Virus record (IMG/VR): IMGVR_UViG_3300037312_000330
Span: 64,001 to 128,000 of that record
Source: a virus
Taxonomy: Duplodnaviria > Caudoviricetes
Strand: one strand, 5' to 3'
Length of the DNA stretch: 64,000 nucleotides
The notes below the pieces were generated by a model, which ran no database searches, was not told the DNA's origin, and was given only the letters and a program-made list of their open reading frames with translations. This document shows, in pieces, positions 1 to 8,738 of this stretch. Within the stretch, counting starts at the first letter, position 1. Every line of letters starts with the position of its first letter. Made by a program: the position numbers and the translations under genes.

Positions 1-1226
1 TTGAGTCCAGCAGCAACGAGTTCGCTAACCAGAGCGGCCTTCACAGGACTTGTACGGTTGCGCCAGAAGTTCTGGGCCCAACCGGCAACCGCGATGTCCA
101 TAGCTTGGCCGAAATCTTTCGCCATGCTATCCAGACCAGCGGTCACTTGATTCGATTTCTCCGCCACACCGGCTTCGACGAGCTTCGCAATTTCCGGAGC
201 CAGACGCACCTTGACGGTCGCAGCTTGAAAATTGTAGGCACGCATCGCTTCCTTCAGGCCAAGCGTCTCGATCGAGTGCTTAACAGCCAGTTGGAAGTGT
301 TTCTGATGCATCAGCTCGGCGTTATCACCAGCGAGTTCAGGAGTAAGCGTGGCAACAATACGATTGCCAACCGCGATGTTCATCGCACTGCCCAGATAGA
401 CGAAAGCAATTGCGGGCGCTGTGGGTTCCGTGGCCATCTTGGCGTCAGGACCATCACGCTCGGTTTCGACATCCGACAGATCGACCTCGATATCGAGGCC
501 ACCGTCCTGGGTCTTCTGTTCGACGGTGTTCTTTCGGCTTTGGGCCTGCGGATCTGGATCCGGATTATTGTCACCAGCCATGCCCTGATCTTCCAGAGCC
601 GGAGTGCCGTTCGGGTCGTCCCCGCCAGCAGCCGTTGTCTTGGTGGCAGCCGTATCCATATCATCGTCGTCGAACAGCTCGTCACCCGAGTCATCTTCGA
701 CTACATCGTCGTCATCGTCGTCGATGTCCACAAGATCCATGTCATCCACATCGGTAATGGGATCCATGTCGTTATCGGGCATCTCGTCGGCGTCTGCCTT
801 CTCGGTAGAGGCTTCGGCCTTCAGCTTGTAGTTCATTTCATGACCACAAGCTGTGCAGTTGAGCTGGGATACAGCAGACAGCACGGCACCAGCGGTGATG
901 TTGTGAGTGGCACAAGAACCGCAAGTAACGAGCGCAAGTTTGTCGTCTGCTGGGAGGTCGAGTTTGGTGCTCGCTTCAGCCTTCGCCTGAGTCTTCGAGC
1001 TACCGCAGGACATGCAGTGATATTGCAGTCCAGCGGCCGCTACGGCCTGGAACTCGTGACCGCAGTCCGTGCAAGCATGTTGAGTGTACTTGAACTTGGA
1101 CAGGACGGCGCTCGTGTTCGGGGCATCGATCAGGTTAGGATCACGAGTAGCAAACACGAACATTCCACCAGCGGTCTTGGCTGTTTCAGCGATTTTCGCA
1201 GCCTTCTTCGAGGGGGTTTTATTCAT
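1..1226 (-). CDS. Partial CDS running off the left edge; protein with four CxxC motifs and an acidic linker (possible structural or scaffold protein)
   Basis: Translated by hand from ATG at 1226 (AAGGAG SD upstream): MNKTPSKKAAK...CTDC..CMSC..CGSC..CTAC...DDDDDD; no stop before base 1, so it is absent from the ORF track. Confidence 0.85.
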   Translation of the reverse strand, partial: MNKTPSKKAAKIAETAKTAGGMFVFATRDPNLIDAPNTSAVLSKFKYTQHACTDCGHEFQAVAAAGLQYHCMSCGSSKTQAKAEASTKLDLPADDKLALVTCGSCATHNITAGAVLSAVSQLNCTACGHEMNYKLKAEASTEKADADEMPDNDMDPITDVDDMDLVDIDDDDDDVVEDDSGDELFDDDDMDTAATKTTAAGGDDPNGTPALEDQGMAGDNNPDPDPQAQSRKNTVEQKTQDGGLDIEVDLSDVETERDGPDAKMATEPTAPAIAFVYLGSAMNIAVGNRIVATLTPELAGDNAELMHQKHFQLAVKHSIETLGLKEAMRAYNFQAATVKVRLAPEIAKLVEAGVAEKSNQVTAGLDSMAKDFGQAMDIAVAGWAQNFWRNRTSPVKAALVSELVAAGL

Positions 1227-1356
1227 GCACGCTCCTTAAGGAAATCAGGCAAGCATGGTTGCTACCCGACACACTCAAAGTAGCATCTTCAGGAATGGGT
1301 CCAAAACGTCATCCGGACAGTTTGGATGTTGTAGGGATTTTGTGGAAATCAGTTAA

Positions 1357-1364
1357 TGTAAATA
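1357..1364 (+). promoter_or_regulatory. TGTAAATA motif (putative phage late-type promoter)
   Basis: Recurrent 8-mer, 52 nt upstream of the 1416 start. Confidence 0.6.
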
Positions 1365-1415
1365 ATAGGGTGCGCGGGAAATTAATCCAAGTGCATCGAA
1401 TCCACAGAGGATATT

Positions 1416-2402
1416 ATGGAACAACAAAAGACTGATATCGCAGCGGCGTCCGAGATGGTGTCGAATCCAGATTTCGAACAATCCACAAAGGAGTGGAAAT
1501 CTGGAGACATCATCAAGGGATGGAATGGCGACCCGCAAACATTGAATCCGGAAATCGCAACAGCTCTGGAAGAACTTCAGTTCCAAATCCACATGGAGAA
1601 AGTAGCACGCAGTCGTAAGGAACACGTTGACTTCGTCAAGCGATACATGGGTGCCGAATACGAACCAAAGTTTGTTGATGTGCGGTCCGACAAGACATAC
1701 TACGCAGTGTTCTATCGGAACAAGAAAACGGCGCACGTTGCGGTCCCTCCGATTAACATGCGTGGTCAGGTCGAACACTTGACTGCTGGTCGCATTTACG
1801 AGTGTTCTGGATACGATGTGAGAATGCTGGAACGTGTGCTGGCCTCGAAGAAGATCGAGGTGCTGAATGTGACTCCGGCGACCGACAAATACCAAATCGA
1901 GTTTGTGGAAATCATCAACAAGTGGCTGAAGCCGTGGTTGCCCGGTGAAGTAGATCGTACTCCGAAACAGCGAACGAATGCTTTTGCCAAATATCGCGGC
2001 ACGGAAGATATCCCACCAGTGAAGGAGGAACGTGAAGACGGTCAGTGGGTGAATGAAGATCTCGTGGTGCACGGAACGGAGACAGGACGAGTTTCTTCGA
2101 CTGAAGAAACACCGTCAAACCGTCCAACGCTTGGTGAGGCCCAGCCAGAGCTGGTTGATAAGATGTGGGAACCGATCTACACAAAGGAAGATGCTGAGTT
2201 CCAGAAGTTCGTGCAGTCGAACATGGAACAGATCAACGAAACATTGACAATCCAAGCAGTGTCGATGGATGGTGTAGAGGTAACTGAGTTGGAAGTTGAA
2301 GACGTGGAATTCAAAATGGCGGATAACGATCCGGTGAACGACACGCCTGACGATGGAACCGAGCCAAACAGTGACTACACCGATCAGGTGGACAAGGAGT
2401 AA
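1416..2402 (+). CDS. Hypothetical acidic protein
   Basis: 328-aa ORF with GAGG SD. Confidence 0.8.
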   Translation: MEQQKTDIAAASEMVSNPDFEQSTKEWKSGDIIKGWNGDPQTLNPEIATALEELQFQIHMEKVARSRKEHVDFVKRYMGAEYEPKFVDVRSDKTYYAVFYRNKKTAHVAVPPINMRGQVEHLTAGRIYECSGYDVRMLERVLASKKIEVLNVTPATDKYQIEFVEIINKWLKPWLPGEVDRTPKQRTNAFAKYRGTEDIPPVKEEREDGQWVNEDLVVHGTETGRVSSTEETPSNRPTLGEAQPELVDKMWEPIYTKEDAEFQKFVQSNMEQINETLTIQAVSMDGVEVTELEVEDVEFKMADNDPVNDTPDDGTEPNSDYTDQVDKE

Positions 2403-2404
2403 TC

Positions 2405-2617
2405 ATGATGTTTCGAACAGTTTATCGCCTGTATGTGATGCACAAAAATGGTGCCTTGTTTCTGTATGAACAAGCACCAAACTTTCCAGACAGAGAGAAG
2501 GCAGAAGAAATGGGGAAGCGAATGAACGAAGCGCGTCGCGCAGGAAAAGCCACAGACAACGATGACGTGATTGTGCTTCCTCACGTGCTGGCTGCTGGAC
2601 TGAGGGTGGGTCAATGA
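2405..2617 (+). CDS. Hypothetical protein
   Basis: Packed operon ORF. Confidence 0.65.
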   Translation: MMFRTVYRLYVMHKNGALFLYEQAPNFPDREKAEEMGKRMNEARRAGKATDNDDVIVLPHVLAAGLRVGQ

Positions 2618-2919
2618 TAGTAGCGGCCGCGATCAAGTTCGCTGGTCGCGAGGGTCACGAACTAATCTGCTTCGTGCCGCGACCTGGAAGACATCACGAT
2701 GTGTTGCATTCGATGTGGCATCAGTTTGCTGATGGTAAATCGGACAGGACTCACGAAAGCTATGCGAAGGAAGTTCAGGGATTCTTGACAGATGACGGCA
2801 GATTTCTGAACAGACGAGAGGCTTTCATTCATGTCAAAGAATGCGGTCAACGGATGATTCGATCGACTGATCCCAAGCACTATCAAGGTGATGAGCTTTA
2901 CTCGGAGGACTTGTGGTGA
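2614..2919 (+). CDS. Hypothetical phage protein
   Basis: ATGA overlap; GFLTDDGRFLNRREA...LYSEDLW is a motif typical of small phage proteins. Confidence 0.75.
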   Translation: MIVAAAIKFAGREGHELICFVPRPGRHHDVLHSMWHQFADGKSDRTHESYAKEVQGFLTDDGRFLNRREAFIHVKECGQRMIRSTDPKHYQGDELYSEDLW

Positions 2920-3110
2920 AGTGGAAACTGCCAACAGGATTTCCGAGCACTGACAAGATGATTGCTGCGATTCTTATGGCGATCGTGATGCGTGTCCTGT
3001 TGGTGGGAACTGGATGGGGACGTATTGCGTCCTTTATCGGTGTAGGATTGATATGGGCCTTCTGGCCTGAAGAGGGTCGGGACAGTAAGCCGCCCGATGA
3101 CTTTGTTTAA
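2913..3110 (+). CDS. Small membrane protein
   Basis: Two hydrophobic segments; overlapping start. Confidence 0.6.
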   Translation: MVKWKLPTGFPSTDKMIAAILMAIVMRVLLVGTGWGRIASFIGVGLIWAFWPEEGRDSKPPDDFV

Positions 3111-3124
3111 CCAAGGAGAATGAA

Positions 3125-3706
3125 ATGAAGAAGCTTCTTATCGCGGTTGCACTGGCGATCACTTCGTTGGCAGCATCTGCACAAGCAACGACGGTAAACG
3201 ATGCTAGGTATCTGGATCTGTCCAAGTTGACTGACCAGCAGAAGGCCGATCTGATGGCCAAGGCGGCTGAGATGCAGAATCAGCAGGCATCAGGTATTTC
3301 GGAACAAGCCCGAAATGAGATAAGCAAGTGGAGTGAACTCGGTGTTGGAATGGGTCATGCTGCTGTCGCTGCTGCAAAGGAAGTGGGAATGGCCGCAAAC
3401 GAGTTCGTCTCAACTCCGCTGGGAAAGGTGACGATGGGCGTCGTGGTCTACAAGGTGATCGGCAAAGATGTTCTTAAACTGGCCGTTGGACTAAGCATCA
3501 TGGTGTTCATGTTCACAGTTGCTGTCGTGATGCTGTTCCGCAAGAAAGGAGATGTTACCTACGAGAACATCCCAGTAATGAACGGATGGTGGGTGAAGCG
3601 ACGCGTGAAGAACTACAGTCCTGATAGTGATGTGATGATCGAGCACTTCATGGTGGCAGCAATCGCTACTATCATCGGTTTGATCGCCATTTGCAACTCA
3701 TTCTGA
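3125..3706 (+). CDS. Exported or membrane protein
   Basis: Signal peptide MKKLLIAVALA...ASA-QA, two C-terminal TM segments, AGGAG SD. Confidence 0.8.
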   Translation: MKKLLIAVALAITSLAASAQATTVNDARYLDLSKLTDQQKADLMAKAAEMQNQQASGISEQARNEISKWSELGVGMGHAAVAAAKEVGMAANEFVSTPLGKVTMGVVVYKVIGKDVLKLAVGLSIMVFMFTVAVVMLFRKKGDVTYENIPVMNGWWVKRRVKNYSPDSDVMIEHFMVAAIATIIGLIAICNSF

Positions 3707-3730
3707 TGCCGTAAACTAAAGGAGTCACGT

Positions 3731-4219
3731 ATGACATACGAATGCCACAAACTGGACACGCAGAAGCAAGTGTTCTTCTACGAACAGGAATTCTATGTGC
3801 TGAGCAACTTTAGCTCGTTCAAAGTGTTCCACAAGGGGTGGATGTTTCAGACAAGCGAACACGCCTATCATTGGGAGAAGTTCGTTGAGAATCCACAAAT
3901 CCAACATCGCATCTGGGGTGCGCCGTCTGCACACGAAGCGTTCCAGATCGCGCAGCAAGAACGAACCAAACGTCGTCCGGATTGGGATCTAGTGAAATAC
4001 AGTATCATGAAGGACATCCTTGTTTCCAAATGCCTCCAGCATTCCTATGTGCGGAAGAAGCTCCTGGAGACAGGCGATCGCGAACTGATCGAGGATAGCT
4101 GGCGAGACGATGTTTGGGGATGGGGTCCGAACAAGGATGGTCAGAACCTCTTGGGGAAGCTGTGGATGGAGATCCGCGAGCAACTAAAGTCAACAGGCAA
4201 TCTCACGGTGGCGATCTAA
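3731..4219 (+). CDS. NADAR family (YbiA-like) N-glycosidase
   Basis: LSNF, SEHAYHWEKF, LIEDSWRDDVWG and GQNLLGKLWMEIR motifs. Confidence 0.9.
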   Translation: MTYECHKLDTQKQVFFYEQEFYVLSNFSSFKVFHKGWMFQTSEHAYHWEKFVENPQIQHRIWGAPSAHEAFQIAQQERTKRRPDWDLVKYSIMKDILVSKCLQHSYVRKKLLETGDRELIEDSWRDDVWGWGPNKDGQNLLGKLWMEIREQLKSTGNLTVAI

Positions 4220-4223
4220 GGAG

Positions 4224-4448
4224 ATGAAAATGTCAGGAACGCTTTGGTTTATCTTGGGAGCTTGTGTGGTAGGGACGGCGGTGATCAGTCTGTACGGCAT
4301 GTACAAGAACTCCGAGGCGTTCCTGCGAGGATACAAGGACTATTTGGCATCAAACTACACGAATCCGTACACGGAGGGAACGCAGGAGCATGTGGACTGG
4401 ATCGAGGGTCAGTGTGCTGCGTTTACGGAAGCGAGCCCCTGGAGGTGA
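4224..4448 (+). CDS. Small membrane-anchored protein
   Basis: N-terminal TM segment; NPYTEGTQEHVDWIEG motif. Confidence 0.65.
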   Translation: MKMSGTLWFILGACVVGTAVISLYGMYKNSEAFLRGYKDYLASNYTNPYTEGTQEHVDWIEGQCAAFTEASPWR

Positions 4449-4475
4449 ACGCGAATTGGGGGACCAATACTGTAG

Positions 4476-4727
4476 AGTATGGTGTATAGGGTCGTATAGT
4501 ATGGTGTATGTAGGGTCACCTTATCATACATATAGGGAGCAGTAGTGTGTGGGAGAAGGGGGAGGGTCGTATGTTGAACAGGTGGGTTGAACGGGTGATA
4601 GGTGCTGAAAGTACATAGTACAACTAAGCACTTTTCACCTTATCAACATATAAGGTGAAATGGAAACTGTAAATAGTGCGTAGTTAGGCTAAGTAAGCAC
4701 TTTTCACCTTATCAACATATAAGGTGA
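4476..4727. repeat. Repeat-rich intergenic region, candidate replication origin or operator
   Basis: Identical 34-bp repeats at 4625-4658 and 4694-4727, each containing the palindrome TCACCTTAT-caacat-ATAAGGTGA; degenerate half copy at 4516; direct repeats AGTATGGTGTAT(GT)AGGGTC at 4476 and 4498. Confidence 0.8.
4668..4675 (+). promoter_or_regulatory. TGTAAATA motif between the two palindromes
   Basis: Recurrent 8-mer, 80 nt upstream of 4755. Confidence 0.6.
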
Positions 4728-4754
4728 CAGCAGGAGCAGCAGTAGGACAACAAC

Positions 4755-6062
4755 ATGGGCGATACGAAAAACGACATCAAGCTAATAGACAGGTCCAGGG
4801 TATTCGTAGACGGAGGACGGTTCGGAACCAAGCTCTTCAAGAGAGGAGACGCGAGTGTCAAGATAGCAGAAAAAGATGCTAGGCAGGTACGCAAGGTAAT
4901 GCGGGCAGCCCTAGGGAACACGAGAGACGTAGAATCCAAAGAGCTACGGGTCAAGGTGATCGCCAAAGCTCCAATGTGGCTCGTACTGCGGCAAGACAGC
5001 AGGAACAAGAAGAACTGGTATCTGAACGTAGACGGGAATCCGGCCAAGTACATCCTTGGGGACAACATCTACGGTCTAGCGAATGCAGAGAAACAGATCA
5101 AATACATCTTCAGGCGCTGCATCAAAAGCGTTCAGAAGGTAGCTGGAATGGAGATGCCGTCCAGTGTGCTGCAAGACGTGGAAGACGGGAACATCTACCT
5201 GAACTCGCTAGAGTTTGCCTGCTACAGCAATCCGTTGAGAGTCGATCCAAAGAAGATCACAGGGGCGTGGCGATATATGTTCCGGCGGGGGCACATCGTT
5301 GGCGAGGACGGTAAGACACACACGCTGGAAGAGATACTTGGCGTCAAGACAAGGACCGAGTACGAGAACAGCTTCTACTGCTGGTTGCTTGCTCCAAAAC
5401 CACGGCCGAAAGCAGAAGAAGGGGAGACAGCGAGGAAGTATCCGGATGTGAAACACATAATGTTCCTTGCCTACGACAAGATCGAAGAATTGCAGTCAGG
5501 ATGGAAAGACAAGAGCAAAAACGCCATTGGTGAAGACGGTGAGGACTACATCACCGATGACAAGCACATAAAGAACGTTGCGCGCATCCAGAAGGATGAA
5601 GCACTGAACGACATCCAGAACCGAATCCGATACGACATCGGATTCACGAACGCTTGGTTCGTGCACAAGGGGCTGACCACTCTTGCCAAACTGGCGAAGC
5701 ATGTGCACAAAGAGTTCGACGGCAAGTGGCCTCTGTTCGTGCAGCACTACGTCCACATGATCTTCGAGCGTGCGTGCCTTGGCGAGATGTGGACCTTCGA
5801 TTGGCGAGAAGTGCGGGACGCGAAGCGAGCGGGGTTGAACAGAGTTCCTGGCTTGAATCCGCAGGTGCCAACGGCCGCCTACATGGTGATGGCTGAGGCG
5901 CGTGTGGAACGGACGAAGCTCACGATGGATGGCATCGACGACAAGCTAAGCGGCAATCCACGGTACTGGCAGGAGATCGCCAAGGCTGCTCCTCTGCTGT
6001 CGTCAGAAGAAGCCGAATCGCTCGGCATTGACATCAGTCGTACACGAGAGATTTCAGGATGA
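4755..6062 (+). CDS. Phage/plasmid replication initiator, gene II/X family (Rep_trans-like rolling-circle nickase)
   Basis: IDR near the N-terminus, DGNPAKYILGDNIYG, YDKIEE, IRYDIGF and C-terminal LGIDIS match the II/X family pattern (GNPxK..G.N.fG ... YxKxxE ... R.E ... GIDI). Confidence 0.75.
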   Translation: MGDTKNDIKLIDRSRVFVDGGRFGTKLFKRGDASVKIAEKDARQVRKVMRAALGNTRDVESKELRVKVIAKAPMWLVLRQDSRNKKNWYLNVDGNPAKYILGDNIYGLANAEKQIKYIFRRCIKSVQKVAGMEMPSSVLQDVEDGNIYLNSLEFACYSNPLRVDPKKITGAWRYMFRRGHIVGEDGKTHTLEEILGVKTRTEYENSFYCWLLAPKPRPKAEEGETARKYPDVKHIMFLAYDKIEELQSGWKDKSKNAIGEDGEDYITDDKHIKNVARIQKDEALNDIQNRIRYDIGFTNAWFVHKGLTTLAKLAKHVHKEFDGKWPLFVQHYVHMIFERACLGEMWTFDWREVRDAKRAGLNRVPGLNPQVPTAAYMVMAEARVERTKLTMDGIDDKLSGNPRYWQEIAKAAPLLSSEEAESLGIDISRTREISG

Positions 6063-6640
6063 AGGTACTGCCTGTTTCTGTAAAAGGTGGGCGCGTGTCG
6101 GGGGTCAGTGTGATGATGGAACGGGAATATCCGTTCTCGCTACCTCGCGTGTTTGCCATGCGTGAGAACATCGACTTCAAGAAGGAGAAGAAGCGTGGAC
6201 AGAACTTGACGTATCGCATCCACTTCTCAAGGCCACACTTTGAACCGAACCTAACAATGGACGGCGAGACTGCCGTTCCAACGAACGGCACGTGCGAAAT
6301 GCAGATTGTGTTCGGTGCTGGTGCCTTGAAGTCAGGCCAAGAGTTCACCGATAAGCTGGTTGGCAGGAAGACTGAAAAGCTTCTGACCAAGCTCTTGAAG
6401 TTTACAGAAGAGAACTCAGAAGATCTGGCTGCCTACATGACGTTCGGTCAACCGATGGAAAGCAAGCCACGAGCCTTGGTAAGCTTGATTGCCAAAGAGC
6501 GCAACGAACATTGGGCCAAGAACCTTAGAAAACAGCACAAGGAAAACAAAGAACGTGTGCGGAACATGATGAAAGAGCTTCGTGCTGACATCGCGAAGGC
6601 GCAGAAGATGCAGGCAACTAAACCGAAGGAGACAACGTGA
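6059..6640 (+). CDS. Hypothetical protein
   Basis: ATGA overlap, 193 aa. Confidence 0.75.
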   Translation: MKVLPVSVKGGRVSGVSVMMEREYPFSLPRVFAMRENIDFKKEKKRGQNLTYRIHFSRPHFEPNLTMDGETAVPTNGTCEMQIVFGAGALKSGQEFTDKLVGRKTEKLLTKLLKFTEENSEDLAAYMTFGQPMESKPRALVSLIAKERNEHWAKNLRKQHKENKERVRNMMKELRADIAKAQKMQATKPKETT

Positions 6641-7065
6641 ACACCATCCATCCGGCACCAACAAACGAAGAGCTCGGAGTTGCCGTCCGTGAAGCCTACG
6701 AGATTGCGCTGAGATCTGGCGTCTTCGCCGTCCACTACAACCTGTTTGAGATCCACAACAAAGTGCTGGAGCATCGTGCGAAGGTCGTTCCGCCCATGCC
6801 GCCCAACACAGAGCTTGCAGACAGGCTGACCGTCATCGCAGAATTCTCACGTGCCACTTGCTCCCACTTCGCAACCGCTGGCCCTGCTCCGTACGTTGTC
6901 TACGACTATCACTTCGGCGGACGGGAGCTCGGCAAAGGAAATACAGGTCCAGAGGCATGGGCCGATGCAGCTCGCAATGTGAGGAATGGACTGCGTGCAC
7001 AGCAGAACGCACAGACGGTGTTTGTGACGGGTGTCACTACTGATAAGGAGACCAAAGATGCTTAG
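6637..7065 (+). CDS. Hypothetical protein
   Basis: GTGA overlap with SD. Confidence 0.7.
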   Translation: MNTIHPAPTNEELGVAVREAYEIALRSGVFAVHYNLFEIHNKVLEHRAKVVPPMPPNTELADRLTVIAEFSRATCSHFATAGPAPYVVYDYHFGGRELGKGNTGPEAWADAARNVRNGLRAQQNAQTVFVTGVTTDKETKDA

Positions 7066-7540
7066 TAAAAATCCAGATCCAAATCCGGATACTGTTTCGA
7101 TTGCCGATCTGCGTGCCGAGAATCTGAAGCTGCGTCTGATGTTGGCGCTCGCCTCGTGCGGTGCCACTCTGTACGGAGACGATGGTGAGATGTCGGATTG
7201 CAGTGTCAGTCCGTTCATCGACTTCAAACGTGACCCAGCCGACACCATCCAAGCCAAACTCATCACTCGCGCACAGAACAGAATGCACGACGAGTCCATG
7301 ATGAATAGTGCTCCGAGTGACAAGGTGGTGATCGACTATACGAACTATCATGGGGTACGTAGCTTTCGTCACGTGCAGATCGTACGCGTGTATTACGGAT
7401 CGACCGAGTATCATCCGGAGAAACAATGGCTGATGGAAGCCAAAGACCTAAACAAGAATGAGATGCGTACCTTCGCCATCAAGGACATCCATATGTGGCG
7501 TGGTCCTATAAATGATCTTCTCAGCTTCTTCACGCTATGA
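7058..7540 (+). CDS. WYL-domain-like protein
   Basis: C-terminal IDYTNYHG..R.V..QWLMEAKDLNKNEMRTFAIKDI; start moved to the ATG after AGGAG. Confidence 0.7.
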   Translation: MLSKNPDPNPDTVSIADLRAENLKLRLMLALASCGATLYGDDGEMSDCSVSPFIDFKRDPADTIQAKLITRAQNRMHDESMMNSAPSDKVVIDYTNYHGVRSFRHVQIVRVYYGSTEYHPEKQWLMEAKDLNKNEMRTFAIKDIHMWRGPINDLLSFFTL

Positions 7541-7776
7541 ATTTTAAACGTGACTGGCCAGGATATCTCCTCTGTATCACGATCGGTGTCGTGATCGGCA
7601 AGGGATTGCCAGAAGTGCTCGAAGCGCGAGCAGCCGAAACACAACCTGTGCGTCTGTTAAACGTTCCATTCACCTACTTCTTCTGCCACAACGGTGAATA
7701 CACGATGGAGCGTGGTCACGCCATGTGGCCTGTCCCAACTTCTGACGGAAAGCCAATGTCATGCCCTTTGACGTAG
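7537..7776 (+). CDS. Small membrane-anchored protein
   Basis: N-terminal hydrophobic segment; ATGA overlap. Confidence 0.6.
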   Translation: MNFKRDWPGYLLCITIGVVIGKGLPEVLEARAAETQPVRLLNVPFTYFFCHNGEYTMERGHAMWPVPTSDGKPMSCPLT

Positions 7777-8177
7777 ACAAACTGCTGGACCACCTATACT
7801 CCGCAACCGAAGACAATCGACGCGCCATCAACATCCTGCTTGGTGGAAGTTTGCTGGTTGCGCAACAAACTGGCGAACGCGAAGCGGTCAACGAGCTCCT
7901 TAGTAAATTCGATCCGGCAAAGACGCTGGACTTCTTGTCGATGGGCGTACTTATGGGGACGTTCGCCCACAAGATGCACTATCCAGCGTGGGAGCAGTGT
8001 CGGCAACGTATTGCCAGCGTGGTCACAGAGCGACGCGGTCCCGAAGACGCAGCACGACTGCTGCTCGGTTTCGTCAAACCATTTGCCGTGCAGAAGGTGT
8101 CTTCAGATCAGGAAACACTGGACAAGATGCTTGGTATCCATCCGACTCTGATTCGCCACGTTGGGCAAGAATGGTAA
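7761..8177 (+). CDS. Hypothetical protein
   Basis: Packed operon ORF. Confidence 0.7.
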   Translation: MPFDVDKLLDHLYSATEDNRRAINILLGGSLLVAQQTGEREAVNELLSKFDPAKTLDFLSMGVLMGTFAHKMHYPAWEQCRQRIASVVTERRGPEDAARLLLGFVKPFAVQKVSSDQETLDKMLGIHPTLIRHVGQEW

Positions 8178-8472
8178 ACAAGGAACAATGATGAGCATCT
8201 GCATACATGAGAAGTTGGAACACGAATGCATGTCTTGCAACATGCCTTCTCTCGTTCTTTTCGAGAACATCTATCGACGCAACAAACATCGGCAACGTCT
8301 TGGGCAGTTCTTCGTCAATATGTTCTTCAAGGACGGCGAATCTGTTCCGGGCCTGTTCATGGAAATCAACGAAGGCAAAGCACGTGAGATGATCCGACAG
8401 TGGCTACACGATCATCAGTACATCTATCAACTGCCTCCTGTCCGCAACGACATCTACAAGGACTTCCTATGA
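8161..8472 (+). CDS. Hypothetical protein (true start probably about 8188)
   Basis: Packed operon ORF. Confidence 0.65.
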   Translation: MGKNGKQGTMMSICIHEKLEHECMSCNMPSLVLFENIYRRNKHRQRLGQFFVNMFFKDGESVPGLFMEINEGKAREMIRQWLHDHQYIYQLPPVRNDIYKDFL

Positions 8473-8738
8473 GTATGATGCATTCTGTCATCAACCAACT
8501 CTCTGCGGATCTGCTGCGCTTGGAACAGTTCCTAGAGGAGCACGGCAACTATCAAGGTGGTGGTCTCAAGACTGAATGCGTCTATATCGGCACCGAGAAA
8601 TACGGCACGTTCGAGATGAACTACCATGACATCATTCGTCATCTCGAAAGCAAACGCGATCGACTGCGTGCCGAACTGGAGAAAGTAAATGTCTTCGGAA
8701 TCAAACCAACTCAACCAAAAGACGATCCCCAAACTTAA
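8469..8738 (+). CDS. Hypothetical protein
   Basis: ATGA overlap within track ORF 8400..8738. Confidence 0.6.
   Translation: MSMMHSVINQLSADLLRLEQFLEEHGNYQGGGLKTECVYIGTEKYGTFEMNYHDIIRHLESKRDRLRAELEKVNVFGIKPTQPKDDPQT

Noticed and set aside
105-1283. 392-aa + strand ORF in the track
   Set aside because: Antisense shadow of the minus-strand CxxC/acidic gene, which has an SD and coherent motifs
4625-4727. Possible mini CRISPR array (34-bp palindromic repeat with a 35-bp spacer)
   Set aside because: Only two full repeats, no leader and no cas genes; the 'spacer' carries the recurrent promoter motif, so origin or operator is more economical
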